From positions 15,653 to 79,652 of the forward strand of contig CAYRYS010000001.1 of assembly GCA_964428555.1 (NCBI GenBank): 64,000 nucleotides of DNA. Direction: 5' to 3'. The notes beneath the pieces were generated by a model, which was not told the DNA's origin, ran no database searches, and worked only from the letters and a program-made list of their open reading frames with translations. Positions 1-9,400 of the stretch are shown here, piece by piece (position 1 is the first letter of the stretch; each line of letters starts with the position of its first letter). Source of the DNA: an uncultured Spirochaetales bacterium (GTDB taxonomy: Bacteria; Spirochaetota; Spirochaetia; CAYRYS01). Position numbers and translations under genes: made by a program.

Positions 1-9
1 ACTTTACCT

Positions 10-537
10 CTATTCGCTGCCTTGGAAATACGGAAAAAACACATAGTCCCGGAATTCTGCTTCAGGGTTTCCTTCTCCATAGGGATGCTGTGTGTTTGCA
101 TTTGCATGGCAGGTAACACAAAACTCCTCTTCAAATACTCTTTCTGTACCAGCTTCTATATTACACATTACCCAGACCCAGCCTCCGCGTGCACGCGGGT
201 CGTCAGAGTCTTTTATCATTGCTGTTAAGGCAACAGGTTCTTCACCCTCTTCAATTGTAGATTCGCTGTATACTTCCTTCATAATAATGGTTCCCTCAGG
301 ATAGTCCCAGACTGTTCTTCCTCCCTGTTCTTCGGGCTGAACTTGGGTTCCAATATTGTTGATATAGATTATCCGGTACCTATCCATGTGGCCTGGAATC
401 ATATAATTCAGCTCTTCATCTGTAGTCTGTTCCCAATCCTGGTATTCAATTTTAATCAGCTCGGGTTCTTCTGTTCCTTCACAGCTGGATAATACTGATA
501 CTATTACTATAATTGCAAAAAAAAGATCTCTTTTCAT
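10..537 (-). CDS. Cytochrome P460 / cytochrome c'-beta family lipoprotein (single CxxCH heme-c site)
   Basis: Signal peptide plus lipobox (LSSC). A C-terminal CVTCH heme-c motif is followed by ...FRDYVFFPY. The N-terminal YQDWEQT, RIIYINN, GTIIMKEVY and GGWVWV blocks resemble the cytochrome P460 family from memory. The start codon overlaps the stop of the upstream cyclase (ATGA at 534-537). Confidence 0.5.
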   Translation of the reverse strand: MKRDLFFAIIVIVSVLSSCEGTEEPELIKIEYQDWEQTTDEELNYMIPGHMDRYRIIYINNIGTQVQPEEQGGRTVWDYPEGTIIMKEVYSESTIEEGEEPVALTAMIKDSDDPRARGGWVWVMCNIEAGTERVFEEEFCVTCHANANTQHPYGEGNPEAEFRDYVFFPYFQGSE

Positions 538-2045
538 GAGTGCTCCTTGTCAGATTGAAGGAGATAGACTCGCTGGTAATCGCTTTTCCCTTTTACTTTC
601 AGCCGATACGGACCGTCTGCTGAAAAATCATCTTTTACTAAAGACCAGAGATCATCTGAAATAATAATCTGTCCTGCCTTTGCAGCTGAGCAGAATCTTG
701 ACGCAGTATTTACCGTGTCTCCAATTACTGTGTAGTCCGCCCTGTCCTCAGATCCGATCATTCCAAGAATAACTTCCCCGTATTTTATTCCGATTCCAAC
801 CTGCAGTCCGTCATACTCATTCTTATTTGCTTGGTTCAGGGTTTTTTGAATTCTCACTGCAGCAGTGCTTGCCTGTACAGCAGATTCTTCGCCTGTGAAA
901 ATTGCGACAATCTCGTCTCCTACAAACTTGTCAATATCTCCCCCGACTTCGTGAATAATCTGAGACTGAAAATTCAAGAGTTTGTTCAGGTTTGAAACAA
1001 CCTCTTCAGAGGTACGATTTTCCGAATACGAGGTAAAGCCTCTAATGTCTGAGAAAAGCATGGTCAATGGAACCCGTTTACCCTGCTTGTCTCCGGAAAG
1101 AGATTTGAGTGTACCCGATGAAACGAACTTTGACAGCTCAAACCGCTCATAGAGGCCTTCCACCATAGTATTAACCGTTTTTCCCAGTTCTCCAATTTCA
1201 TCATTATTATTCACATTCACCCTCTGTTCAAAGTCACCTGAAGTTACTGCTGTACAGACAGCGCCGATTCTTTGGACCGGGCGAACAACATTGCCCTGGA
1301 GCAGTCTTGTAAGTGCAAGGCTGAGCAGAATTACCATAAAAAGAAACAGGCTTCCTGAAACCGCGATAGCAAAGCGCTGGTTTCGTATAACAGATGAAAT
1401 ATCTGAGTGAATATCAATAACACCGCGGATTGTATGGTCTGATCCGTGGCACTGGGCACATACAGGCTTATTTATAAGAGGTTTAAAAATCCGTAAATAG
1501 GTTATTCCGTTTATTGTATCCTGAAAAATCTGGTCATCCGGGGGCATGCTGATTGCTTGTTGAAAGCGCTGTTCTGCTTCATCGGTTTCATCTTCCTCAG
1601 TTCCGATCATGACACTCATAATGTCCTGCCTTGAGGGAAGCTCGAATGTTTCTATGTTTCGTGTTCTGTATTGAAGAAGTATGTTCGAGTTATTGTCTTG
1701 TGCCTGACGGATATTGTTGTTTACTTCCTGAATAGTGTCTGTATCAGTAAACGCCTCTGTGCCGTCCGTGCGGTAGAGGAAGACCTCGAAATCCTCCTGA
1801 AGTTCCTCCATGTCATCAAAGAAATTTACCGCCAAGGGCGCTTCACCCGGAAGCATGAAGTTTTCAATTGCTGTGTACATCATTCTGGACTGCTGAAGAA
1901 GGTTTCGCTCATTGGAGTTCTCGAATGTGAAAAACAGGTATCCGGAAAAGAATGTTGTAATAACTCCTATACCAAGGACCATGCTGACAATAATGAGCCT
2001 GGATATTTTACGGGTAAGGGGAACGAACTTTTTAGGTTTACTCAT
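534..2045 (-). CDS. Membrane adenylate/guanylate cyclase (class III) with periplasmic sensor carrying a CxxCH motif, then HAMP
   Basis: Two TM segments flank a periplasmic domain of about 190 aa containing CAQCH near 1443-1469. A HAMP-like linker and a class III cyclase core follow (FSDIRGFTSYSE, GDEIVAIFTG, YTVIGDTVNTASRF). The likely start is ATG at 2045, preceded by a GGAG SD; the six-frame track extends it to 2087. Confidence 0.8.
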   Translation of the reverse strand: MSKPKKFVPLTRKISRLIIVSMVLGIGVITTFFSGYLFFTFENSNERNLLQQSRMMYTAIENFMLPGEAPLAVNFFDDMEELQEDFEVFLYRTDGTEAFTDTDTIQEVNNNIRQAQDNNSNILLQYRTRNIETFELPSRQDIMSVMIGTEEDETDEAEQRFQQAISMPPDDQIFQDTINGITYLRIFKPLINKPVCAQCHGSDHTIRGVIDIHSDISSVIRNQRFAIAVSGSLFLFMVILLSLALTRLLQGNVVRPVQRIGAVCTAVTSGDFEQRVNVNNNDEIGELGKTVNTMVEGLYERFELSKFVSSGTLKSLSGDKQGKRVPLTMLFSDIRGFTSYSENRTSEEVVSNLNKLLNFQSQIIHEVGGDIDKFVGDEIVAIFTGEESAVQASTAAVRIQKTLNQANKNEYDGLQVGIGIKYGEVILGMIGSEDRADYTVIGDTVNTASRFCSAAKAGQIIISDDLWSLVKDDFSADGPYRLKVKGKSDYQRVYLLQSDKEHS

Positions 2046-2138
2046 ATTTTCTCCGCAGAACTTAGTTATAGTACCACAGTAGAACACTCTTTATCTGTGG
2101 TCAAGTTTTAATTTCCTCTGTAAACTGTCCGAAATAGC

Positions 2139-2165
2139 AAAAAAAAGCTGCCGGAAAACGGCAGC
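2139..2165 (-). terminator. Rho-independent terminator downstream of dapL
   Basis: GCTGCCG-GAAAA-CGGCAGC hairpin. On the minus strand it is followed by a U-run (A8 on the plus strand at 2139-2146). Confidence 0.6.
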
Positions 2166-2191
2166 TTCGAATTGACATCAGATAAACAGAA

Positions 2192-3415
2192 TTATGAAAA
2201 GACCTTAACTATTCTGGACATTGCTTCTTCAACAACCTCTTTATGATTAAAGGCTGAGATTCGGATATACCCTTCGCCGCATGAACCAAAACCGCTTCCT
2301 GGTGTGGTAACCACTTGTGCTTGCTCTAGGAGTGTATCAAAAAAGTCCCAGGAATTGCCCCCTGTTTTTACCCAGATGTACGGACTGTCAATCCCGCCGC
2401 AGCAGGTGAAACCCATTGCTTCCATACCTGAACGGATGATCTTTGCGTTTTCAAGGTAATAATCTGTGAGCTCCCTGACCTGCTGCATTCCTTCAGGAGT
2501 GTATACTGCTGCAGCAGCTTTCTGAACAGGGTAGGAAACCCCGTTGAATTTTGTGGACTGGCGTCTGAGCCATAGGTCTTTCAGTTTTCTCGGTTTCCCG
2601 TCTTTGGTGTACACTGTACATTCCTCTGGCACAACAGTGTACGCGCATCGGGTTCCAGTAAACCCTGCTGTTTTTGAGTAACTCCGGAATTCTACTGCAA
2701 CTTCTTTTGCACCGTCTATTTCATATATGCTCTGCGGGATGGATTCATCCCGGATAAATGCTACGTATGCTGCGTCAAAGAGGATGAGTGCCTTGTGTTT
2801 TTTCGCGTAATCCACCCACTTTTTCAGCTGTTCTTTGGTTGCAACAGCGCCTGTCGGGTTATTGGGAAAACAGAGGTAGATGAGGTCTGCAGGCTGTTCC
2901 GGCGGATAGGGAACAAAATTATTCTCCTCGGTTGATTCAAGGTAAACCAGCTTATCATACCGGGAGCCGTTCCACTGCCCGGTGCGTCCGGCCATGACGT
3001 TTGTGTCAACATATACAGGGTATACAGGGTCCGGAACAGCAACTGTAATGTCAGTGCTCAAAAGTTCCTGGAAGTTCGCTGTATCGCATTTAGCGCCGTC
3101 TGACACAAAGATTTCATCTGGATCAATTTCAACTCCTCTAGAGCCGAAGTCCCCTGAGGCAATTACCTCTCGAAGAAAGGCGTATCCCTGCTCAGGACCG
3201 TAACCGTGAAAGCTCTGGTCACTTGCCATTTCTTCAACCCCTTCGTGCAAAGCTTTTACACAAGCCTGGGGAAGTGCTCTGGTGACATCCCCGATACCTA
3301 ATTTGATGATCTCTGCATCCGGGTTTTCTCTTTGAAAAGTTTTCAGCTTCTCTGCAATAGTGCTGAAAAGATAAGACGCTGAAAGCTTATCGTAATTAGA
3401 ATTAAGTGTAATCAT
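2192..3415 (-). CDS. dapL: LL-diaminopimelate aminotransferase
   Basis: 407 aa. The N-terminus ([20 protein letters not shown]) is typical of DapL. Aminotransferase class I fold. A good SD (AAGGAAG) precedes the ATG. Confidence 0.85.
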   Translation of the reverse strand: MITLNSNYDKLSASYLFSTIAEKLKTFQRENPDAEIIKLGIGDVTRALPQACVKALHEGVEEMASDQSFHGYGPEQGYAFLREVIASGDFGSRGVEIDPDEIFVSDGAKCDTANFQELLSTDITVAVPDPVYPVYVDTNVMAGRTGQWNGSRYDKLVYLESTEENNFVPYPPEQPADLIYLCFPNNPTGAVATKEQLKKWVDYAKKHKALILFDAAYVAFIRDESIPQSIYEIDGAKEVAVEFRSYSKTAGFTGTRCAYTVVPEECTVYTKDGKPRKLKDLWLRRQSTKFNGVSYPVQKAAAAVYTPEGMQQVRELTDYYLENAKIIRSGMEAMGFTCCGGIDSPYIWVKTGGNSWDFFDTLLEQAQVVTTPGSGFGSCGEGYIRISAFNHKEVVEEAMSRIVKVFS

Positions 3416-3637
3416 AGATTATCTTCCTTTATTTTCTTAGTATTTTTGGCAAAAAGCCTCGTTATATGAGAAAAATATTACAATTTTGCCTGGTTTTATC
3501 TAATTAATACATACCAGAGAATAATGGTCAAGGCAGGCCGGTGATCCATTGGAACCAGAGGATGATCATCATCCATATTAAAACAGGTGAAGTTCTTTAT
3601 CTTTCATAGATTTCGTGAATGTGCTACATTGTTTTTT

Positions 3638-4510
3638 ATGATAGCAGTAGTAGGTGCTTTATGCATGGATATTATCGCGAAAAAGGATTATTTTACTCCT
3701 GGTACCTCGAATCCTTCTTCTATTACTTTTGGACTCGGAGGGGTAGGGTATAATATTTTTCAGGGTATACAAGGGGAGAAGCGTTTTATTACCAACAGGA
3801 TAGAACCTGAGCAGCTGCTCTCTTTTTTTGGGGATGATGTAAACACAGAGGACATTGAGTTTTTGCCTGGCAAGAGTGTCAGACCTCCTGTGTACGTGGC
3901 ATTGATGGAGAAAGGACTTCTTCACATTGGTGCTTCAGATTTCTCTGACTTTGAGAGTACTCTCTCCGGGGCAGCGATAATCGACGCTTTGAACAGAATT
4001 GGAAAGCTGGATTTTCTTGTTCTAGACGGAAACCTGTCCTCTGAGGTTTTAAAAGAGGTCACAAATGCATTTTCTGATAAAGTGAAAATTGCCTTTGAGC
4101 CGATCTCTGTTGAAAAGGCTGTACGACATAGGGAGGGGGTATCAGGAGTGTTCCTTGCAACGCCCAGCACTGAAGAGCTCTGGGGCTTTATTGCAGGAGG
4201 TGTAACACCTGAGTCTATGGCAGGACCTCCGCCTGCGGCAAGCATTTTTCAGTATATGCAGAGGAATAAGATCCAGCATATTATCTGCACCCAAGGTCCA
4301 GAAGGTGTGACCTGGTATCATAAAGGGAAGATGGTGCACATGAAGCCTGAAAAGGTCCTTTCAGTACAGGACACAAATGGAGCAGGGGACAGACTCATGG
4401 GCAGACTAATAACCAATATCGCAAAAAATAAAGATGTAAGACTATCAATACAAATGGCACAAAAAGATACAGCCCAATATATTCAAGAGAGGAATGGGGA
4501 TGAAGGTTGA
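3638..4510 (+). CDS. psuK: PfkB-family carbohydrate kinase, probable pseudouridine kinase
   Basis: Ribokinase-family motifs (N-terminal GxxxxD region, DTNGAGD near the C-terminus). It overlaps the downstream psuG by 17 nt, the classical psuK-psuG arrangement. The track ORF starts at GTG 3587; ATG 3638 is more likely. Confidence 0.7.
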   Translation: MIAVVGALCMDIIAKKDYFTPGTSNPSSITFGLGGVGYNIFQGIQGEKRFITNRIEPEQLLSFFGDDVNTEDIEFLPGKSVRPPVYVALMEKGLLHIGASDFSDFESTLSGAAIIDALNRIGKLDFLVLDGNLSSEVLKEVTNAFSDKVKIAFEPISVEKAVRHREGVSGVFLATPSTEELWGFIAGGVTPESMAGPPPAASIFQYMQRNKIQHIICTQGPEGVTWYHKGKMVHMKPEKVLSVQDTNGAGDRLMGRLITNIAKNKDVRLSIQMAQKDTAQYIQERNGDEG

Positions 4511-5408
4511 TATACTCAGTGAGGTGAAAGAGGCACTTGCTAATAATAAGCCTGTTGTTGCACTTGAAAGTACTATAATTTCTCATGGAATGCCGTACCC
4601 GGATAACGTGAAAACAGCTTTGAATGCTGAAGCATTAATCCGCGAACAGGGGGCAGTTCCTGCAACAATCGCAATGCTATCCGGCAGGGTCTCCGTGGGA
4701 CTGACAGCAGACCAGATAGAGTATCTCGGAAAAACCGAGGGGGTTGTAAAGCTCTCCCGCAGGGACTTTCCTTATGCTGCAGCAAACCGCTTGGACGGAG
4801 CAACAACTGTGGCTGGAACAATGATCGCGGCACATGCGGCAGGAATCTCTGTTTTCGCGACAGGGGGTATCGGCGGTGTTCACAGGGGTGCTGAAAAAAC
4901 AATGGATATTTCAGCCGATCTGATAGAATTCTCAAGAACACCGGTTATGGTGGTTACCGCGGGTGCGAAGGCAATTCTAGACCTTCCTGCTACCATGGAA
5001 TACCTGGAAACCCAGGGAGTGCCCGTGGCAGGCTTTCAGACAGATGATCTGCCTGCTTTTTATTCACGGTTCAGCGGGGTGGAAGTTCCTTTCCGTGTAG
5101 ACTCACCGGAAGAAGCTGCAGCAATGTTTGCTCAGCAAAGGGAGTTCGGTTTTTCCCAGGGAATGGTGCTTGCAAACCCGATTCCAAAAAAAGATGAATT
5201 CCCCAGAGAAGAGGTTGACCGTTACATTGACCAGGCAATTCGTGAAATGGAAGAAAAAGGGATTCACGGCAAAGAAGTAACTCCCTACCTTCTTGCGCGG
5301 ATTGTAGAGCTCACAGAAGGAAAGTCCCTTTCAGTGAACATTAAGCTTTACGAGAACAACATCCTTCTTGCAGCAAAAACAGCAATCGCATTATGCGCAA
5401 GAGGCTGA
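4494..5408 (+). CDS. psuG: Pseudouridine-5'-phosphate glycosidase
   Basis: 304 aa. The N-terminus VALESTIISHGMPYPDN and overall similarity match the indigoidine synthase A-like / PsuG family. Confidence 0.85.
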   Translation: MGMKVDILSEVKEALANNKPVVALESTIISHGMPYPDNVKTALNAEALIREQGAVPATIAMLSGRVSVGLTADQIEYLGKTEGVVKLSRRDFPYAAANRLDGATTVAGTMIAAHAAGISVFATGGIGGVHRGAEKTMDISADLIEFSRTPVMVVTAGAKAILDLPATMEYLETQGVPVAGFQTDDLPAFYSRFSGVEVPFRVDSPEEAAAMFAQQREFGFSQGMVLANPIPKKDEFPREEVDRYIDQAIREMEEKGIHGKEVTPYLLARIVELTEGKSLSVNIKLYENNILLAAKTAIALCARG

Positions 5409-5473
5409 CAACTCCTTGTGCGTAAGATTACTCCAGGTGCTACCATTTTCACTTGTATCTCGATACCCTTCGG

Positions 5474-5750
5474 CTCCGCTCAGGGCAGACATTTTTGCTG
5501 GACGCAAAAACACTCGATGACCGGGCGGGCTTCTTTTCCAGATGGAAAATTACTCGATGAGCAAATTGGCGCAACACGCTCTCTGAGCGGAGCGCCGCAG
5601 TGAGCGGAGCGTTGTACTGAGCGGAGTCGAAGTATGGTTGCTGAGCGGAGTCGAAGCATCGAAGGGTGGTGCCTGAGCAGAGCGGTGTACTGAGCGTAGC
5701 CGAAGTGCCGAAGTATCGAAGGCACTGCCTCCAAAGGCAGCTCTGCTGAG
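5474..5750. repeat. Intergenic tandem or interspersed short repeat region (TGAGCGGAG units plus an inverted copy and nested hairpins)
   Basis: TGAGCGGAG or a close variant occurs at 5584, 5601, 5618 and 5642 (17-24 nt period). Degenerate copies lie at 5674 and 5691. An inverted copy CTCCGCTCA sits at 5474-5482. Hairpins lie at 5694-5726 (GTGCC...GGCAC) and 5727-5741 (CTGCC-TCCAAA-GGCAG). The region sits between convergent psuG and the WG-repeat gene. Confidence 0.6.
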
Positions 5751-5770
5751 TAAAAACATACTATTAGGGT

Positions 5771-6364
5771 TTACTCTACGGTCTCTATTTCCTCTTCCCG
5801 GGTAGAAGGGTTTCTGGCAATGACTTCGCCGGAGGTATTTATGGTAAACCACCGATCCTGGGACTGAATAAAGGCTTCTCCGTTAACAAAAGGCCGTGCC
5901 TCCTGGAACTGAGTGTCAAAAACGAGTGCTCCTTCATTATCAATAAATCCCCATAGGTCATTCATCTGTACTGCAGCATAGCCTTCTGAGAAATACTGGG
6001 CATTTTGAAACTCAGGCTCTATTACCATTTCACCTGATTTATTGATAAAACCCCATTGGCTGCCGACCTTGACTGGACAAAGATCCTCAGAGAAGAATCC
6101 CGCATCATCATAGGCTGGAGCTATGACCATTTCTGCCTGCGGGTTGATAAAACCCCATTGGCTGTCTTGCAAAACCGCAGCTCTGTCTTGAGAAAATGCA
6201 CGGGCATTCTCAAACTGCGGCTGGATTACCACATAGCCGTCACTGTCTTTGTATCCGAAAACACCATCGTCACTATAAGGTACTAAAACCTGTTGTTCTC
6301 CGCAGCTAAAAAGTGAGAGAAAGATACTAATTAAAACCAAAGCAATAAGATATTTTTTAGACAT
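5771..6364 (-). CDS. WG-containing beta-repeat lipoprotein
   Basis: Signal peptide plus lipobox (LFSCG). At least four repeats of about 40 aa each centred on WGFIN/WGFID (WG-repeat family). SD AGGAG. Confidence 0.7.
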   Translation of the reverse strand: MSKKYLIALVLISIFLSLFSCGEQQVLVPYSDDGVFGYKDSDGYVVIQPQFENARAFSQDRAAVLQDSQWGFINPQAEMVIAPAYDDAGFFSEDLCPVKVGSQWGFINKSGEMVIEPEFQNAQYFSEGYAAVQMNDLWGFIDNEGALVFDTQFQEARPFVNGEAFIQSQDRWFTINTSGEVIARNPSTREEEIETVE

Positions 6365-6584
6365 AAAGACACTCCTATCCGGATCTACTAATCATTTTAC
6401 GGTAAATTCCATGGCTGTCAATCTATTCAGTCAGGTGCCGGAGTTTTTTTCATTACAAATTACTTTATTTATAAAGACTCAGAAAACTAGCATATCTATA
6501 CCCATTATTAACTTATCTACTTTTCACTTTGACAGTGCAGTAAAAAAAAATTAAGATTGTGTAAAATAAATTTAAGGTTATGTT

Positions 6585-8414
6585 ATGAAAATGAAGAAAA
6601 ACCTTACATTCATTGGTGTGTTTAGTATTTCCGCGGGTGCTATGATCAGTTCTGGTATATTCATTTTACCTGGTGTTGCCTTTTCCAGGACAGGACCGGC
6701 TGTTATTCTCTCTTATGCGATGGCAGGAGGGTTCGCTTTAGTAGGAATACTTAGTGTTATTGAACTTGCCACAGCAATGCCGAAGGCAGGCGGTGACTAC
6801 TTTTTTATTCACAGAAGCCTTGGGCCAATGATCGGTACCGTGTCCGGATTAGTCGGATGGATTGCCTTGTCATTAAAAAGCGCTTTTGCAATATACGGAA
6901 TTGCTGAGACCCTTGAGCTGGTGTTTTCCATTGAACCGTACCTAACAATCATAATCTGCTGCATTGTATTTGTTATCATGAATTGTATCGGAGTTGAGTT
7001 TGAAAATATTTTTCAAAGTATTCTGGTAGCAGCACTTCTTTTTTTGCTTGGTGTGTTTATCGCAACAGGACTGCCTAATGTCCAGCTACAGCGGTATACC
7101 CCTTTTTTTGCTGAAAGTATAGAATCAGTTTTTATAACTGCCGGTTTTATTTTTATCTCTTTTGGGGGGCTGTTACAAGTTGCGAGCATTAGTGAAGAGG
7201 TCAAGGACTTAAAAAAAACACTTCCAGCTGCAATGGGACTTTCGGTTTTAGTAATAACCGTATTTTATGTGTTGATAGTTTTTGTTATTACCGGTGTTCT
7301 TCCTTCTGAGCACTTTTCCGGTGCTTCAACTCCGGTCATCGATTCTTCTGAGTTTTTCTTGGGAGCAGCAGGCTATTGGATAGTAACAATCGCGTCCCTT
7401 CTGGCCTTCGTTACTACAGCAAACGCGGGAATACTCGCTGCATCAAGATACCCGGTAGCTCTTGGAAGAGACTCCCTTTTACCTCAGTTCTTAGCCAAAA
7501 TAAGCAAGAACACAAATATACCGGTACGTTCGGTTGTTTTGACAGGCATCTTGATCTTTATATCGCTTTTATTACCTATTGAAACACTGGTGAAAGCTGG
7601 GTCAACTGTGGTCTTAACCTCTTTTGTTTTTACAAATGCCGCAGTTATTATTTTTAGGGAAGGCAGAGTTAGTAACTATAAACCAAGCTTTTCTGCACCT
7701 TTCTATCCATTTCTGCAGATTTTTTCCATACTTCTATTTTCTTTCTTCATTATCGCGCTTGGACTTGAATCAATCGAAATTAGTCTGGGACTACTGTTTT
7801 TTGCTCTTGGAGTATATTTCTTTTACGGCAGAAAAAACGAGGATAAAGAATACGCACTTCTTCATCTTGTTGAGCGGATAACAGAAGCAGATCTGACAAC
7901 CGGAGACCTGGAGTCTGAGCTTAAAGTAATTGTTCACAAGCGGGATGATGCAAAAAAACAGGTCCTTGATATATTAGTCCAGGAAGCAGAGGTTATGGAT
8001 ATAGACGGTCCTCTTGACCTGGATGAGTTCTTTTCGCTTGTGTCAAAACAGATTGAAAATAAAGTAACATTATCAGCAGATGAAATTAAGGACAAACTCA
8101 TGGAAACAGAGCGTGAATGTTCCACTGCAGTTTCCAATTCCTTTGCAATACCCCATATCATATTACAGGATGGAGAAAAGGAAATGCTCTTAGTTTTAGT
8201 ACGTTCCAGAAATGGTATACATTTTTCAGAAGAACGAAAGAATGTAAAGATCGTTTTCCTCTTTATCGGGAGTATAGAGGACAGGCAGAAATATCTGAAG
8301 GCAATTGCTTCAATTGCTTGTCTTGTGAAAAAAAGCGGATTTATGGATAATTGGATGGAAGCAGAAGATCCTGAAGCACTGCGTGAGCTTGTGATGGAAA
8401 GCTCCGTACATTAG
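6585..8414 (+). CDS. APC-superfamily amino-acid permease fused to a C-terminal PTS EIIA type-2-like domain
   Basis: About 12 TM segments over aa 1-430. A C-terminal domain of about 150 aa follows, with SFAIPHIILQ resembling the EIIA-2 phospho-His signature ([LIVM]-A-[LIVMF]-P-H). Confidence 0.7.
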   Translation: MKMKKNLTFIGVFSISAGAMISSGIFILPGVAFSRTGPAVILSYAMAGGFALVGILSVIELATAMPKAGGDYFFIHRSLGPMIGTVSGLVGWIALSLKSAFAIYGIAETLELVFSIEPYLTIIICCIVFVIMNCIGVEFENIFQSILVAALLFLLGVFIATGLPNVQLQRYTPFFAESIESVFITAGFIFISFGGLLQVASISEEVKDLKKTLPAAMGLSVLVITVFYVLIVFVITGVLPSEHFSGASTPVIDSSEFFLGAAGYWIVTIASLLAFVTTANAGILAASRYPVALGRDSLLPQFLAKISKNTNIPVRSVVLTGILIFISLLLPIETLVKAGSTVVLTSFVFTNAAVIIFREGRVSNYKPSFSAPFYPFLQIFSILLFSFFIIALGLESIEISLGLLFFALGVYFFYGRKNEDKEYALLHLVERITEADLTTGDLESELKVIVHKRDDAKKQVLDILVQEAEVMDIDGPLDLDEFFSLVSKQIENKVTLSADEIKDKLMETERECSTAVSNSFAIPHIILQDGEKEMLLVLVRSRNGIHFSEERKNVKIVFLFIGSIEDRQKYLKAIASIACLVKKSGFMDNWMEAEDPEALRELVMESSVH

Positions 8415-8440
8415 CTGCATTGTAAGAATAGAGAGTAAAA

Positions 8441-8677
8441 ATGAAAGAAGCCCGTGAACATTGTACATGCCAGGATACTACTTGTCCTGCCCATCCTGTG
8501 AATCATGAAAAAGGATGTTTCCCCTGTATACAGAAAAACCTGGTACACCGGGAGGTTCCCTCCTGCTTTTTTCTGGAGCTTACAGATACCTTGGAGAGGA
8601 GAAAAGATTTTTCCTACCATGCTTTTGCTGAATTAGTTTATGCAAAAGTAGCTAAAAAACCAGATCAATCGAAGTAA
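8441..8677 (+). CDS. Small cysteine/histidine-rich protein (possible metal-binding), hypothetical
   Basis: 78 aa. C8-x-C10-x4-C15-x-H17...H22...C26-x2-C29 cluster. No recognised family from memory. Confidence 0.35.
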   Translation: MKEAREHCTCQDTTCPAHPVNHEKGCFPCIQKNLVHREVPSCFFLELTDTLERRKDFSYHAFAELVYAKVAKKPDQSK

Positions 8678-8697
8678 GATATATTAGGAGTGAAAAT

Positions 8698-9372
8698 ATG
8701 AGAATAAAAAACATGAAAATAAAAGGCTTAAATAACCGAAGGATTACCTTTACCCGGCTCCAGCCAGATGAAGAAACCGGAAAAACTGCTATTGTCCTGC
8801 CAGGTTATTCCTACTCAGGAGATGCTCCCATATTGTTTTACACAAAATACGGTCTTGCAAGAGAAGGCTACACTGTCTATACGGTTGAATACCGCTACAA
8901 TGAGCGGGAAGATTTTATGGAACTGGATAACGTTGAAAAGGATAAATTTTTCGCTCAAGAGCAGAACTATTTTTGTGACCAGCTGAAAGAAGAGCTTTCT
9001 TTTAAAAAACTGCTTGTTATAGGAAAATCTCTTGGCACAACAGCAATGACAATCTGGCATCAAAATACGTTTCTTATGGAAAATACGGATAAACTTTCAT
9101 ACATTTGGATGACTCCTGCCAATGCTTTGGAAGATGTCAGTTCCATAATAAAAGAAACAAGTATTCCATCGATTCTAATAGCCGGAGACAGAGACCAATA
9201 TTATAATAATGAAGTATACAGAGAAATGGATTCTCATCAGCACTGCCGGACTTTTATTGTGCCCGGAGCAGGGCATATTCTGGAAGATGAAAAGAGTGTT
9301 GGTAAGAGTATTATCAATATAAAAGACTCAGTTGAGTTTATTGCCCAGTCTATAAGACAGGCTTTTATCTAA
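8698..9372 (+). CDS. Alpha/beta-hydrolase fold protein
   Basis: GKSLG nucleophile elbow (GxSxG), a later Asp, and GAGH near the C-terminus. 224 aa. Confidence 0.6.
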   Translation: MRIKNMKIKGLNNRRITFTRLQPDEETGKTAIVLPGYSYSGDAPILFYTKYGLAREGYTVYTVEYRYNEREDFMELDNVEKDKFFAQEQNYFCDQLKEELSFKKLLVIGKSLGTTAMTIWHQNTFLMENTDKLSYIWMTPANALEDVSSIIKETSIPSILIAGDRDQYYNNEVYREMDSHQHCRTFIVPGAGHILEDEKSVGKSIINIKDSVEFIAQSIRQAFI

Positions 9373-9400
9373 ACACTGTAAACATGTAAAGGACAGCATA

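Noticed and set aside
1671-2111. Antisense or shadow ORFs inside confirmed genes (e.g. 1671-2111, 2824-3042, 16124-16555, 26916-27221, 28071-28475, 42208-42468, 43117-43446, 43510-43809, 54815-55195)
   Set aside because: Each is fully embedded in a longer ORF on the opposite strand that has clear family-level homology. They have typical shadow-ORF composition and no independent signals.
5583-5750. Possible CRISPR array
   Set aside because: Repeat units are only about 9-12 nt, with irregular 17-32 nt spacing. There is no spacer-like unique sequence of constant length and no cas genes anywhere in the window.
5480-5852. Two minus-strand ORFs (84 and 100 aa) translating to LRLRSV/SAQ-rich low-complexity proteins
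   Set aside because: They are the conceptual translation of the TGAGCGGAG tandem repeats. They have no SD or plausible start context and show repeat-driven periodicity. I treat them as non-coding.
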